NCBI GenBank assembly: GCA_964016885.1
Contig: OZ024743.1
Span: 303,552,001 to 303,616,000, forward strand
Origin: Eledone cirrhosa
Taxonomy: Eukaryota
Direction of reading: 5' to 3'
Length of the DNA stretch: 64,000 nucleotides
In this document: positions 38,607 to 52,800 of the stretch, piece by piece
Numbering within the stretch: position 1 is the stretch's first letter
Layout of the letters: the number at the start of each line of letters is the position of its first letter
The notes under the pieces: model-generated
What the model saw: only the letters and a program-made list of their open reading frames with translations
Databases searched by the model: none
What the model was told of the DNA's origin: nothing
Position numbers and translations under genes: made by a program

Positions 38607-38825
38607 TTAATGTCTCTCCTATGTTTTATCTATATTTCTAAGTATTTATCTTGCCATCTATCTCACTTTATATGCATTATTCATTACATGTAAATACTTC
38701 AATTCAATTTAAAACGTTTCAATGGCTGAATCGAAATTAGATTCACCAATACTCACACACGATCACACGCACATTCACACACACACACACACACACACAC
38801 ATGAGCGCTCACTCATATTTGTTGA

Positions 38826-39670
38826 TACAACGTGTTTCTGAAAAGTATTAGGACGTAGTGTGCTGTATGAACTATGAAATAGCAGTTTGCACCACCGTGT
38901 GCCGTAATATCCGGAGAGTATATAATTGCGATTTGAGCTCTTTGCTGTCATTGTTTATTTTTCACGGCTTTTTTTTTAACAGCTTCTCAAGAGCGATTGG
39001 TACATATCAACAAAAACACCTGAAGTTTCATCTCCGGCTGGATAAATTTCTGTCAGAATCATTTATATATGAGCCGATGCTGCGTTCGTGGGCTTTCGAG
39101 TAGCACAAAAGGCTTAAAGAAGGACCTAGGTCATAAACGACGACCCCTGGAGAGGAAGGTCTTCACCGAACAGGTCTGGGGCCAACGTCGAGTGCGTGAG
39201 GCAGGTGGTGCGTGGGAATCGCCGGCAGAGTATTCGATTGGGTGTTAGATTTGGGCATGACATGCCACAGCGATTGGAAGCTTATAACCGAAAATTGGGC
39301 ATGTGTAAAATCTCGGGCGAAGATAGTGCCGCAGCTGATGCACGATACCCATGAGAAGCAGCACTTACGGAAGTGCCAGAAGATCCTCGAGTGGCGTGAA
39401 AATGAATCAGACTTGCCAGGGATACTCATCACCGGTGATAATATGATAATATATTGTTTTTAGAGTACAACATGGAGCCCAAGCGCCTGACCATTCAGGG
39501 AGGCCGTGACGGGTATGTGGTGGAGGATCGCAGAAAGTCCTTCCGTGAGTGCATGGAGGCGTGACAGAGAAGAAGGATGAGAAAGAGCATTATTCTCGAA
39601 TGGAATTATTTCAATGGGAAAATCCTGTAGTTCGTCGTTTCGACTTCAAATATTTTGTTTGCAGGACTAT
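38826..39670 (+). mobile_element. Mariner/Tc1-type DNA transposon relic
   Basis: Remnants of the HTH region (HKRLKEG...DD....GR), KIVPQLM (WVPxxL-like) and ILITGD (first catalytic D). A TA-initiated TIR-like start lies near 38826. Boundaries are uncertain. Confidence 0.65.
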
Positions 39671-41163
39671 GGGAAGAGTGAGAGTGAGAGAGAAACTTTA
39701 AAAGGAGGGAGGGGTGAAGGAAGATTTAGAGAAATAACCAACAAAACTCAGGCATGGTATCCCTCCAAAGTAGAAAGCTAAAATAGCTCTTATAGAAAAA
39801 TAAAAACACAATTATCTCGAACATCGACTTTGGAATGCGAGTGCATTCGATTAACGATCTTCCACATACATTTTGTTAATATTTCTCGCCAGTCGGATAG
39901 TATTCAGAAAAATTGTATGAAATGAGAAAATTGTCAGGTGTCCTGAGCAGTATTTGTCCGAAAATGCGTGCATAATGAGTGACCGCCTAATGACGTTGCC
40001 CTGTCACTCTACATTACCGATTTAAATATGCAAAACGGACTTTCCCTATTTGATTTGATGTATTTCTGTTGCATCCATATACTTTGCTGCTGTTTGAATT
40101 TCCATCTCAATCGTTAATTAACCAAATATACATTATTTTAACTCTACACACTCTACATATTTAAGTGGATTATATTTCCCCGCGCCTCCATTGATAATAG
40201 GTGAATCCACTTTGATGTATTAAAAGATGGCTTAAAATTCAGTGCAATTACGTCATGAGATTCCATTCGATATACGACCGTTCGTTCTGCTGAATTATAA
40301 ACCGATCTCACAACTACAAATATTGACGGTCAATATCCTCATCAAGGAGCATATCTTATACTAAAAAGAATAACAATATATTTAAAAACTTAGATTATTT
40401 TATCAATTCGTTGTAAACTTATAAGCAAATGGCTATCGGGGTGATTAATTAAATGTCATGTTTGAGTGTGGCAGAAGCATATTCTGTTAAGGACACAGTA
40501 CAAATTAAAAGTAAAGCATGGCTTCAGCGAGCAATATTAACTTTTTCCTTTACATAATTTTTTTCATATCTTAATATCTTTATTCAAAAACAAATCCAAA
40601 TGGATGCGAGTATCATATGAAGCCGATTACCCTATTGATTATTCTTATATTAAATTTAGACATTTATTGAGTGGGTAGAAAGGAAGGACAAATCTTTCCG
40701 GGCATTCTATGCTTGTGATACATTAATTTTGTGAGGCATTACGTGGGATGATTTAAAACGAATAAAATGGAAAATTGTATTTCGAATGTAAGGCTGTTTA
40801 AGAGGAGGACACCAGATGCGGAATTTCACAAGTTATTTGATTGAAGAGTATACGAATGGCATTCCAATTTTCTATCCTTTATTAAGTCGATGTTCTTTTT
40901 TTTATTTCTAACATCTGATAGTGATAGTAATTCGAAATATTTTTTACGTTTTCTCCCAAATATTATGGAAGTGATATGTAAGCAGCCGACTAACTGGTAA
41001 GTTAAAGATATTGTGTTGGAACTTCCCATGTGACAGATTGATTATCTTAAATTGTGCGTGTATAAGCAGAATTATATGATCTATTTATCGGCTCGAAATC
41101 AAAGTAGGTAGTATTCCTTGAAAATGTTTCAGAATAATAAAGAGTTATTTGTAAAACTATGAA

Positions 41164-42640
<1,477 letters not shown>

Positions 42641-42899
42641 AGCTTTCTCTGCTAAAGTTGTTACATATATATATATAAGAGAATATTGAAGTTTGCTGGA
42701 AGCATTGTGGAATAAAAAGGTATATTTCTTTAGGACGTTTTGGAAGCCTCAACAATGCAGATGGGTAAATCTCCGGGTAACAAGATCCGGTGGTGGAGAG
42801 AGAGAGATGTAAGTGAATGTAAGTTGAGATGTGTAGCGTGTAGAAGAATGTAAGAAAGAGTGTAAAGGATAAAAATAACACGAGATAGAGTTACCTTGG

Positions 42900-43945
42900 G
42901 AGAGATTTAATTGTCCCTATATATTTGGGTTGTCTGTCGGAAAGGTGAGAAACGTGTCCTCCACTGATCGTTGTTTTGAATATCTGAGGTATTCAGCAGA
43001 GCCCGCGTGCGCGTGAAATGGGGTCATCAAGCAGAGGTCGGCGGCCGAAACAGTTCTTTGAATTGTGGGAATGGGGTGGCGTTAACTGTCAGTCCATTGT
43101 ATTATCTGCCCTGTTGAATAGTGTGTGGTTGTGATAGTAGTTACTGTGTGTGTGTGTGCGTGTGTTGTTGCATCGTTTGTTTACTTAAAACCGACAACCT
43201 CATTTCGCTTCTCTCGGATCGGTTATTTATTTGTGGCCCTAGGCGTTTGATCCAAAGTGCTTCCTTGATGTGCCGACGTTTCTTTCTGTCGCTAGAATTG
43301 TGACAATGGGCCTTCCGTCTTTGTTTCCGCATTTGGTTATGTGTTTCAGGAAAGACTATGCCCTGGTGTTAATGTGCTCCTTGATCCGGATGTGTAGCGG
43401 CCGGATTATCTACCTATATATTAGTGGTTGCATTTGATACATTCTATCCTATACACGACGTATGTACGTAGGAAACAGTTAGTATGGCGTATCGGGCAGT
43501 TTCTGAGGAAGTATGCGTCAGTTGATTTCACGGGTTTCCTGGAGAGGCGTCTTCGCAGGGAGGGGCCCGAGTGGGCCAGGTGGATGTCGAGGACCTCCCT
43601 CCGTATAGCCTTGCGGATAGCGTTGGTGGTATTCTCGCCCAGGTGTGGTATTTTAAGGAAGCACTTGCCTTGGGTATTTCTCTGCTTCTTGTGTCTGGTG
43701 TATCTTATTGTTTGTGAGTGAGGCAGGGTACTCGTTCGTCTCCAGCACTTCGAGGAACAGCTGGAGAGTTCAACACTGACATCAATATTCTCGTCCGTGT
43801 TGTTGAACGTCTCATAGATTCTGTTCGCCATGTCTTGGAAAGATGTGAGGATGAGGATATCGTCCACGTACCTTGAAAAAAAAACGACGGCATTGGGGGG
43901 GGGGGGGGGCAGGTGTTGAGTGCCTTGCGCTCGAGGCTGTCCATG
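42900..43945 (-). mobile_element. Penelope-like element fragment (RT C-terminus and GIY-YIG)
   Basis: [26 protein letters not shown]...[20 protein letters not shown] and KEALWIKRLGPQINN. Confidence 0.78.
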
Positions 43946-43992
43946 TATATATATATATTTATATATATATATATATTCATATATATATACAT

Positions 43993-44054
<62 letters not shown>

Positions 44055-44086
44055 CTTCTATATATATATATATGTATATATATATG

Positions 44087-44123
<37 letters not shown>

Positions 44124-44128
44124 GTATG

Positions 44129-44207
<79 letters not shown>

Positions 44208-44234
44208 AATTATATGTATATATATATGCATATA

Positions 44235-44319
<85 letters not shown>

Positions 44320-44321
<2 letters not shown>

Positions 44322-45600
44322 TTTTTACGTCACATGAAGAACATCTTTACCGACTTAACCAGAGGTTTATACCGAGACGACGGCATCTTCGCACTGCACA
44401 AGGTTAACCCCTAACCACCGTTGGGTTTCGGAAAAGCTTAAGCTCGTTCTTCTCTAATCTACGATTTAGTATAACAATAGAATCTAATATGACTAGGGAC
44501 AAATTCTTAGATGTCACTCTCGACCTAGATACTTCCCTATATTACCCGTACCACAACCCTATCGAGTCCCTTAGATATATTAATGTTTATTCTTAACACC
44601 CCAAAACATCACTGATAATTTAGTAAAAAGCGTCTCTATTAGAATCTCTGGCCCCTCTGCCAACGAAGATATTTTTAACGCCTCTGCCTCCTACTACAAT
44701 GACTCCCTCGCCCGCAGCGGATTTAAAGAAAGGATGACCTACTTAGAAACGACTGCAAGTTTGCAGAGAAGGTATAGACATAGGAAGATTAGCTTGTACA
44801 ACCCTCCCTTCAATAGAGAGGTCTCTGCACCGATAGCTAGGATTTTCTTCACTTTGCTGAAAACACATTTCCCCATACAACCTAGGTACTACACCATCTT
44901 TAATAAGAACACAATAAGAATCTCCTACTCCAGCACAACTAACCTAGCTAGGAATATAGCCAACCACAATTCTAAAAAAATAAATAAGCCAACCACCTCC
45001 GAACCCAATCCCCGGACTGGGGTCTCGGTTAATTGCCTAAATAAGGAAGCCTGCTAACTTGCAAACAAATGCATGACAAATGATATCGTATACAAATACG
45101 ATGTCATCACAGGCACCGATGATTGCAATAACAAAAAGACTTACATCGGCATGACTTCCAATAACTGTAAGATCCGTGGGTATGCCCATACCCACTCCTT
45201 CAGAAGACTGACAAATCAAACGAGACAACATTCGTCCCCACAAAAGGAACTCCACCTCCTTCACGCTTAAATGTAAAATACTCCAGAAAGCGAGCTCTTA
45301 CAACGGAGGACACAAGGGCTGCGACCTTTGTATCTCAGAGAGCTATGCAATTTTATTCGCCAAGGGCCCGCTACTGAACAAACTCTCTGAACACTGCCCG
45401 AAAAGCATGCGCAAGAATTTGTAACTTTCAAATAACTTAAGCCAGTGTTAATGCCCGATGTCTAAAAACGACTTCCCCCTTTTAGCCCCTCTACCTCCTT
45501 CCCACCCCACCCCACCCGTCCTCAACCTGAAATACGGCCACTATGGTTATGAGAGTACCTCTTACCTTTCTGCATTTTCTGCCTGTAGAGCCTTCTTTAT
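44320..45600 (+). mobile_element. Naiad-type PLE, 5'-truncated and degenerate
   Basis: [33 protein letters not shown]...TYIGMT, CDLCISE; same family as 58860-59995. Confidence 0.85.
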
Positions 45601-45677
45601 GTGCATGTGAATATGCTTATATTTATGAGTACTTATTTGTATATATATATATATATGTATGTATATGTGTGTATATG

Positions 45678-45736
<59 letters not shown>

Positions 45737-45812
45737 CGAAGGAAATGTGGTAAGGAACCAGATGGACCATAACGCACCAAATTACTCAATGATTAGGGTA
45801 GCAGAGTGGGAA

Positions 45813-45999
45813 ATAGGAACGAGTAGGACCCCGACAGCTGAGCTCAAGCCGTTTCGACGGCTAATTCTGGACTAAATGAAATTTGTTTATCCTGGTACAT
45901 GAATAGCTCGACTATTCATGTACCAGGATAAACATTTCCATTTAGTCCAGAATTAGACGTCGAAACGGCTTGAGCTCAGCCATCGGGGTCCTACACGTT

Positions 46000-46004
<5 letters not shown>
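45813..46004. repeat. ~190-bp near-perfect palindrome
   Basis: Arms ATAGGAAC...GAATAG and CTATTC...GTTCCTAT around a 5-nt centre near 45910. Confidence 0.9.
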
Positions 46005-46042
<38 letters not shown>

Positions 46043-46781
46043 GTGTGTGTGTGGGGGGGAGGTGCGTGTGTGTGTATGCGTGTGTATGTGTATATATGTA
46101 TATGTATATATATGTATATAAGTTTTAATATAGATGAGATTCTTAAGGACTAGAACTGTTTCATTCTTTAGAAATCATCAGGAATCTGGGTATCAGAATA
46201 TAAATATGGTAGTTATAGGTCTCTTCAGGTGGTAGGAGAGGGTAGGGAGTGTGATGGGTAGCGGTCATTGGTTGATAGAAAAGGGAATTCATTAAAAGCT
46301 AATTCTTTAAAGCTATAATTTAAATTTAGAGTAACAAAGGCAGAAATAATTCTATAAAGAAGTTCAGAATGGGGTGCCACTCCTTATTTTTAAGTTTCTC
46401 TTAAGCTAACAATGCCTATATTTCAGGTGTCTATAAGATCGTTGGGGGTCAGTTATGGTTGATTGGATTTAAAGAAAAGCGAAATTCTTTAAAAGCTAAC
46501 TCTTTAAGATTCTACTTAGTGAAATAGACCTAGAGAATTATATAGACCAGTACAAAATATTGAGTGCATCTCATACCATTATCTTCAAATTTCTCTTAAA
46601 CTATATTCCAAAAGTCAACATACACATTCGCAAACACACAGACTCACACACACACGCGCGCGCACCCCCGCCAAAAAAGAAACACATACATATATATATA
46701 TATATATACATATATATACATATACACATATGTACACACATATACACACACACACATATATATATATATGCACACGTAAAT

Positions 46782-46840
<59 letters not shown>

Positions 46841-46843
<3 letters not shown>

Positions 46844-49800
46844 GAGAGGTATATAGATTGTTTTAGCAAGAAGCTAACGGCATTCTATAACATATATGCG
46901 ACTATAACGTCAAGATGGGAAAAGTAGTTAACGAAAGATTTAGGAAAAATAACTCAAACTCATCTCAAAAGAGAATCAGGATACAAATTCATCCACAGAA
47001 TTTAGTAAAATCCAGGGAAAAATCTATACACCTTTAACTCATGATAAAACAAAGTTTGAAACACTTATCCTTCAATTTGGAAAAACATCAAATGCTCTGT
47101 ATAGTCTTAAAAGAATATTTCATGAAAACTTTCAGTGGAGATGGTCACGGTTGGAATTTCATTCATCAGCAGAGCTCAACAGAAAACCAGGGCTCTCACA
47201 GTAATATAGTCCGAAAAAGGGAATTCTAAAACTGGCTAGTTCGCCTTCATGTGTATTTATGAGAAAGCACATGTGGAAAAAAACGGGGCTAGTGACGTCA
47301 GGATGGAAGTGAATGTTTATTTACAAGAAATAGCAGTCAAATACATTCTGAAAAAAAAAACTCTACAAAGGAGTTCAGCAAAATAGCAATAATTATCACA
47401 GTTTTTATGAAAAAAACCGGGATTAGTCAGAGATATTTTAAGCACTCTGGGAAAAGAATCCGAGTATAAATATAAATGAGAGGTATAGAGATTGTTTTAG
47501 CAAAAATTAACGGCATTCTATAACATATATGCGACTATAACGTCAAGATGGGAAAAGTAGTTAACGAAAGATTTAGGAAAAATAACTCAAACTCATCTCA
47601 AAAGAGAATCAGGATACAAATTCATCCACAGAATTTAGTAAAATCCATGGAAAAATCTATTGACCTTTAACTCATGATAAAACAAAGTTTGAAACACTTA
47701 TCCTTCAATTTGGAATAACATCAAATGCTCTGTATAGTCTTAAAAGACTATTTCATGAAAACTTTCAGTGGAGATGGTCACGGTTGGAATTTCATTCATC
47801 AGCAGAGCTCAACAGAATACCAGGGCTCTGACAGTAATATAGTCCGAAAAAGGGAATTCTAAAACTGGCTAGTTCGCCTTCATGTGTATTTATGAAAAAG
47901 CACATGAGGAAAAAAACGGGGCTAGTGACGTCAGGATGGAAGTGAATGTTTATTTACAAGAAATAGCAGTCAAATACATTCTGAAAAAAAACTCTACAAA
48001 GGAGTTCAGCAAAATAGCAATGATTATCACAGTTTTTATGAAAAAAACCGGGATTAGTCACAGATAGTTTAATCACTCTAGGAAAAGAATCCGAGTATAA
48101 ATATAAATTAGAGGTATAGAGATTGTTTTAGCAAGAAGCTAACGGCATTCTATAACATATATGCAGCTATAACGTCAAGATGGGAAAAGTAGTTAACGAA
48201 AGATTTAGGAAAAATAACTCAAACTCATCTCAAAAGAGAATCAGGATACAAATCCATCCACAGAATTTAGTAAAATCCAGGGAAAAATCTATAGACCTTT
48301 AACTCATGATAAAACAAAGTTTGAAACCCTTATCCTTCAATTTGGAATAACATCAGATGCTCTGTATAGTCTTAAAATACTATTTCATGAAAACTTTCAG
48401 TGGAGATCGTCACGGTTGGAATTTCATTCATCAGCAGAGCTCAACAGAAAACCAGGGCTCTCACAGTAATATAGTCCGAAAAAGGGAATTCTAACACTGG
48501 CTAGTTCGCCTTCATGTGTATTTATGAAAAAGCACATGAGGAAAAAAACGGGGCTGGTGACGTCAGGATGGAAGTGAATGTTTATTTACAAGAAATAGCA
48601 GTCAAATACATTCTGAAAAAAAACTCTACAAAGGAGTTCAGCAAAATAGCAATAATTATCACAGTTTTTATGAAAAAAACCGGGATTAGTCACAGATAGT
48701 TTAATCACTCTAGGAAAAGAATCCGAGTATAAATATAAATTAGAGGTATAGAGATTGTTTTAGCAAGAAGCTAACGGCATTCTATAACATATATGCAGCT
48801 ATAACGTCAAGATGGGAAAAGTAGTTAACGAAAGATTTAGGAAAAATAACTCAAACTCATCTCAAAAGAGAATCAGGATACAAATCCATCCACAGAATTT
48901 AGTAAAATCCAGGGAAAAATCTATAGACCTTTAACTCATGATAAAACAAAGTTTGAAACCCTTATCCTTCAATTTGGAATAACATCAGATGCTCTGTATA
49001 GTCTTAAAATACTATTTCATGAAAACTTTCAGTGGAGATCGTCACGGTTGGAATTTCATTCATCAGCAGAGCTCAACAGAAAACCAGGGCTCTCACAGTA
49101 ATATAGTCCGAAAAAGGGAATTCTAACACTGGCTAGTTCGCCTTCATGTGTATTTATGAAAAAGCACATGAGGAAAAAAACGGGGCTGGTGACGTCAGGA
49201 TGGAAGTGAATGTTTATTTACAAGAAATAGCAGTCAAATACATTCTGAAAAAAAACTCTACAAAGGAGTTCAGCAAAATAGCAATAATTATCACAGTTTT
49301 TATGAAAAAAACCGGGATTAGTCACAGATAGTTTAAGCACTCTAGGAAAAGAATCCGAGTATAAATATAAATGAGAGTTATAGAGATTGTTTTAGCAAGA
49401 AGCTAACGGCATTCTATAACATATATGCGACTATAACGTCAAGATGGGAAAAGTAGTTAACGAAAGATTTAGGAAAAATAACTCAAACTCCTCTCAAAAG
49501 AGAATCAGGATACAAATTCATCCACAGAATTTAGTAAAATCCAGGGAAAAATCTATAGACCTTTAACTCATGATAAAACAAAGTTTGAAACCCTTATCCT
49601 TCAATTTGGAATAACATCAGATGCTCTGTATAGTCTTAAAAGAGTATTTCATGAAAACTTTCAGTGGAGATGGTCACGGTTGGAATTTCATTCATCAGCA
49701 GAGCTCAACAGAATACCAGGGCTCTGACAGTAATATAGTCCGAAAAAGGGAATTCTAAATCTGGCTAGTTCGCCTTCATGTGTATTTATGAAAAAGCACA

Positions 49801-52800
49801 TGAGGAAAAAAACGGGGCTAGTGACGTCAGGATGGAAGTGAATGTTTATTTACAAGAAATAGCAGTCAAATACATTCTGAAAAAAAACTCTACAAAGGAG
49901 TTCAGCAAAATAGCAATAATTATCACAGTTTTTATGAAAAAAACCGGAATTAGTCACAGATAGTTTAAGCACTCTAGGAAAAGAATCCGAGTATAAATAT
50001 AAATGAGAGGTATAGAGATTGTTTTAGCAAGAAGCTAACGGCATTCTATAACATATATGCGACTATAACGTCAAGACGGGAAACGTAGTTAACGAAAGAT
50101 TTAGGAAAAATAACTCAATCTCATCCCAAAAGAGAATCAGGATACAAATTCATCCACAGAATTTAGTAAAATCCAGGGAAAAATCTATAGACCTTTAACT
50201 CATCATAAAACAAAGTTTGAAACAATTATCCTTCAATTTGGAATAACATCAAATGCTCTGTATAGTCTTAAAAGACTATTTCATGAAAACTTTCAGTGGA
50301 GATGGTCACGGTTGGAATTTCATTCATCAGCAGAGCTCAACAGAAAACCAGGGCTCTCACAGTAATATAGTCCGAAAAAGGGAATTCTAAAACTGGCTAG
50401 TTCGCCTTCATGTGTATTTATGAAAAAGCACATCAGGAAAAAAACGGGGCTAGTGACGTCAGGATGGAAGTGAATGTTTATTTACAAGAAATAGCAGTCA
50501 AATACATTCTGAAAAAAAACTCTACAAAGGAGTTCAGCAAAATAGCAATGATTATCACAGTTTTTATGAAAAAAACCGGGATTAGTGACAGATAGTTTAA
50601 TCACTCTAGGAAAAGAATCCGAGTATAAATATAAATGAGAGGTATAGAGATTGTTTTAGCAAGAAGCTAACGGCATTCTATAACATATATGCGACTATAA
50701 CGTCAAGATGGGAAAAGTAGTTAACGAAAGATTTAGGAAAAATAACTCAAACTCATCTCAAAAGAGAATCAGGATACAAATTCATCCACAGAATTTAGTA
50801 AAATCCAGGGAAAAATCTATAGACCATTAACTCATCATAAAACAAAGTTTGAAACACTTATCCTTCAATTTGGAATAACATCAAATGCTCTGTATAGTCT
50901 TAAAAGACTATTTCATGAAAACTTTCAGTGGAGATGGTCACGGTTGGAATTTCATTCATCAGCAGAGCTCAACAGAAAACCAGGGCTCTCACAGTAATAT
51001 AGTCCGAAAAAGGGAATTCTAAAACTGGCTAGTTCGCCTTCATGTGTATTTCTGAAAAAGCACATGAGGATAAAAACGGGGCTAGTGACGTCAGGATGGA
51101 AGTGAATGTTTATTTACAAGAAATAGCAGTCAAATACATTCTGAAAAAAAACTCTACAAAGGAGTTCAGCAAAATAGCAATAATTATCACAGTTTTTATG
51201 AAAAAAACCGGGATTAGTCACAGATAGTTTAAGCACTCTAGGAAAAGAATCCGAGTATAAATATAAATGAGAGGTATAGAGATTGTTTTAGCAAGAAGCT
51301 AACGGCATTCTATAACATATATGCGACTATAACGTCAAGATGGGAAAAGTAGTTAACGAAAGATTTAGGAAAAATAACTCAAACTCATCTCAAAACAGAA
51401 TCAGGATACAAATTCATCCACAGAATTTAGTAAAATCCAGGGAAAAATCTATAGACCTTTAACTCATGATAAAACAATATTTGAAACACTTATCCTTCAA
51501 TTTGGAATAACATCAAATGCTCTGTATAGTCTTAAAATACTATTTCATTTAAACTTTCAGTGGAGATGGTCACGTTTGGAATTTCATTCATCAGCAGAGC
51601 TCAACAGAAAACCAGGGCACTCACAGTAATATAGTCCGAAAAAGGGAATTCTAAAACTGGCTAGTTCGCCTTCATGTGTATTTATGAAAAAGCACATGAG
51701 GAAAAAAACGGGGCTAGTGACGTCAGGATGGAAGTGAATGTTTATTTACAAGAAATAGCAGTCAAATACATTCTGAAAAAAAACTCTACAAAGGAGTTCA
51801 GGAAAAATAGCAATGATTATCACAGTTTTTATGAAAAAAACCGGCATTAGTCACAGATAGTTTAATCACTCTAGGAAAAGAATCCGAGTATAAATATAAA
51901 TGAGAGGTATAGAGATTGTTTTAGCAAGAAGCTAACGGCATTCTATAACATATATGCGACTATAACGTCAAGATGGGAAAAGTAGTTAACGAAAGATTTA
52001 GGAAAAATAACTCAAACTCATCTCAAAAGAGAATCAGGATACAAATTCATCCACAGAATTTAGTAAAATCCAGGGAAAAATCTATAGACCTTTAACTCAT
52101 GATAAAACAAAGTTTGAAACACTTATCCTTCAATTTGGAATAACATCAAATGCTCTGTATAGTCTTAAAAGACTATTTCATGAAAACTTTCAGTGGAGAT
52201 GGTCACGGTTGGAATTTCATTCATCAGCAGAGCTCAACAGAAAACCAGGGCTCTCACAGTAATATAGTCCGAAAAAGGGAATTCTAAAACTGGCTAGTTC
52301 GCCTTCATGTGTATTTATGAAAAAGCACAAGAGGAAAAAAACGGGGCTGGTGACGTCAGGATGGAAGTGAATGTTTATTTACAAGAAATAGCAGTCAAAT
52401 ACATTCTGAAAAAAAACTCTACCTAGGAGTTCAGCAAAATAGCAATAATTATCACAGTTTTTATGAAAAAAACCGGGATTAGTCACAGATAGTTTAATCA
52501 CTCTAGGAAAAGAATCCGAGTATAAATATAAATGAGAGGTATAGAGATTGTTTTAGCAAGAAGCTAACGGCATTCTATAACATATATGCGACTATAACGT
52601 CAAGATGGGAAAAGTAGTTAACGAAAGATTTAGGAAAAATAACTCAAACTCATCTCAAAAGAGAATCAGGATACAAATTCATCCACAGAATTTAGTAAAA
52701 TCCAGGGAAAAATCTATAGACCTTTAACTCATGATAAAACAAAGTTTGAAACACTTATCCTTCAATTTGGAATAACATCAAATGCTCTGTATAGTCTTAA

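Noticed and set aside
39700-41160. Host exons in AT-rich non-repetitive stretches (also 30100-31390 and 35800-36750)
   Set aside because: No ORF with recognisable motifs or convincing splice-site pairs; small exons cannot be excluded without transcript data.
46135-46190. Minus-strand CUGAUGA...GAAA motif
   Set aside because: Stems I and III cannot be closed next to the core without insertions; at best a decayed relic.
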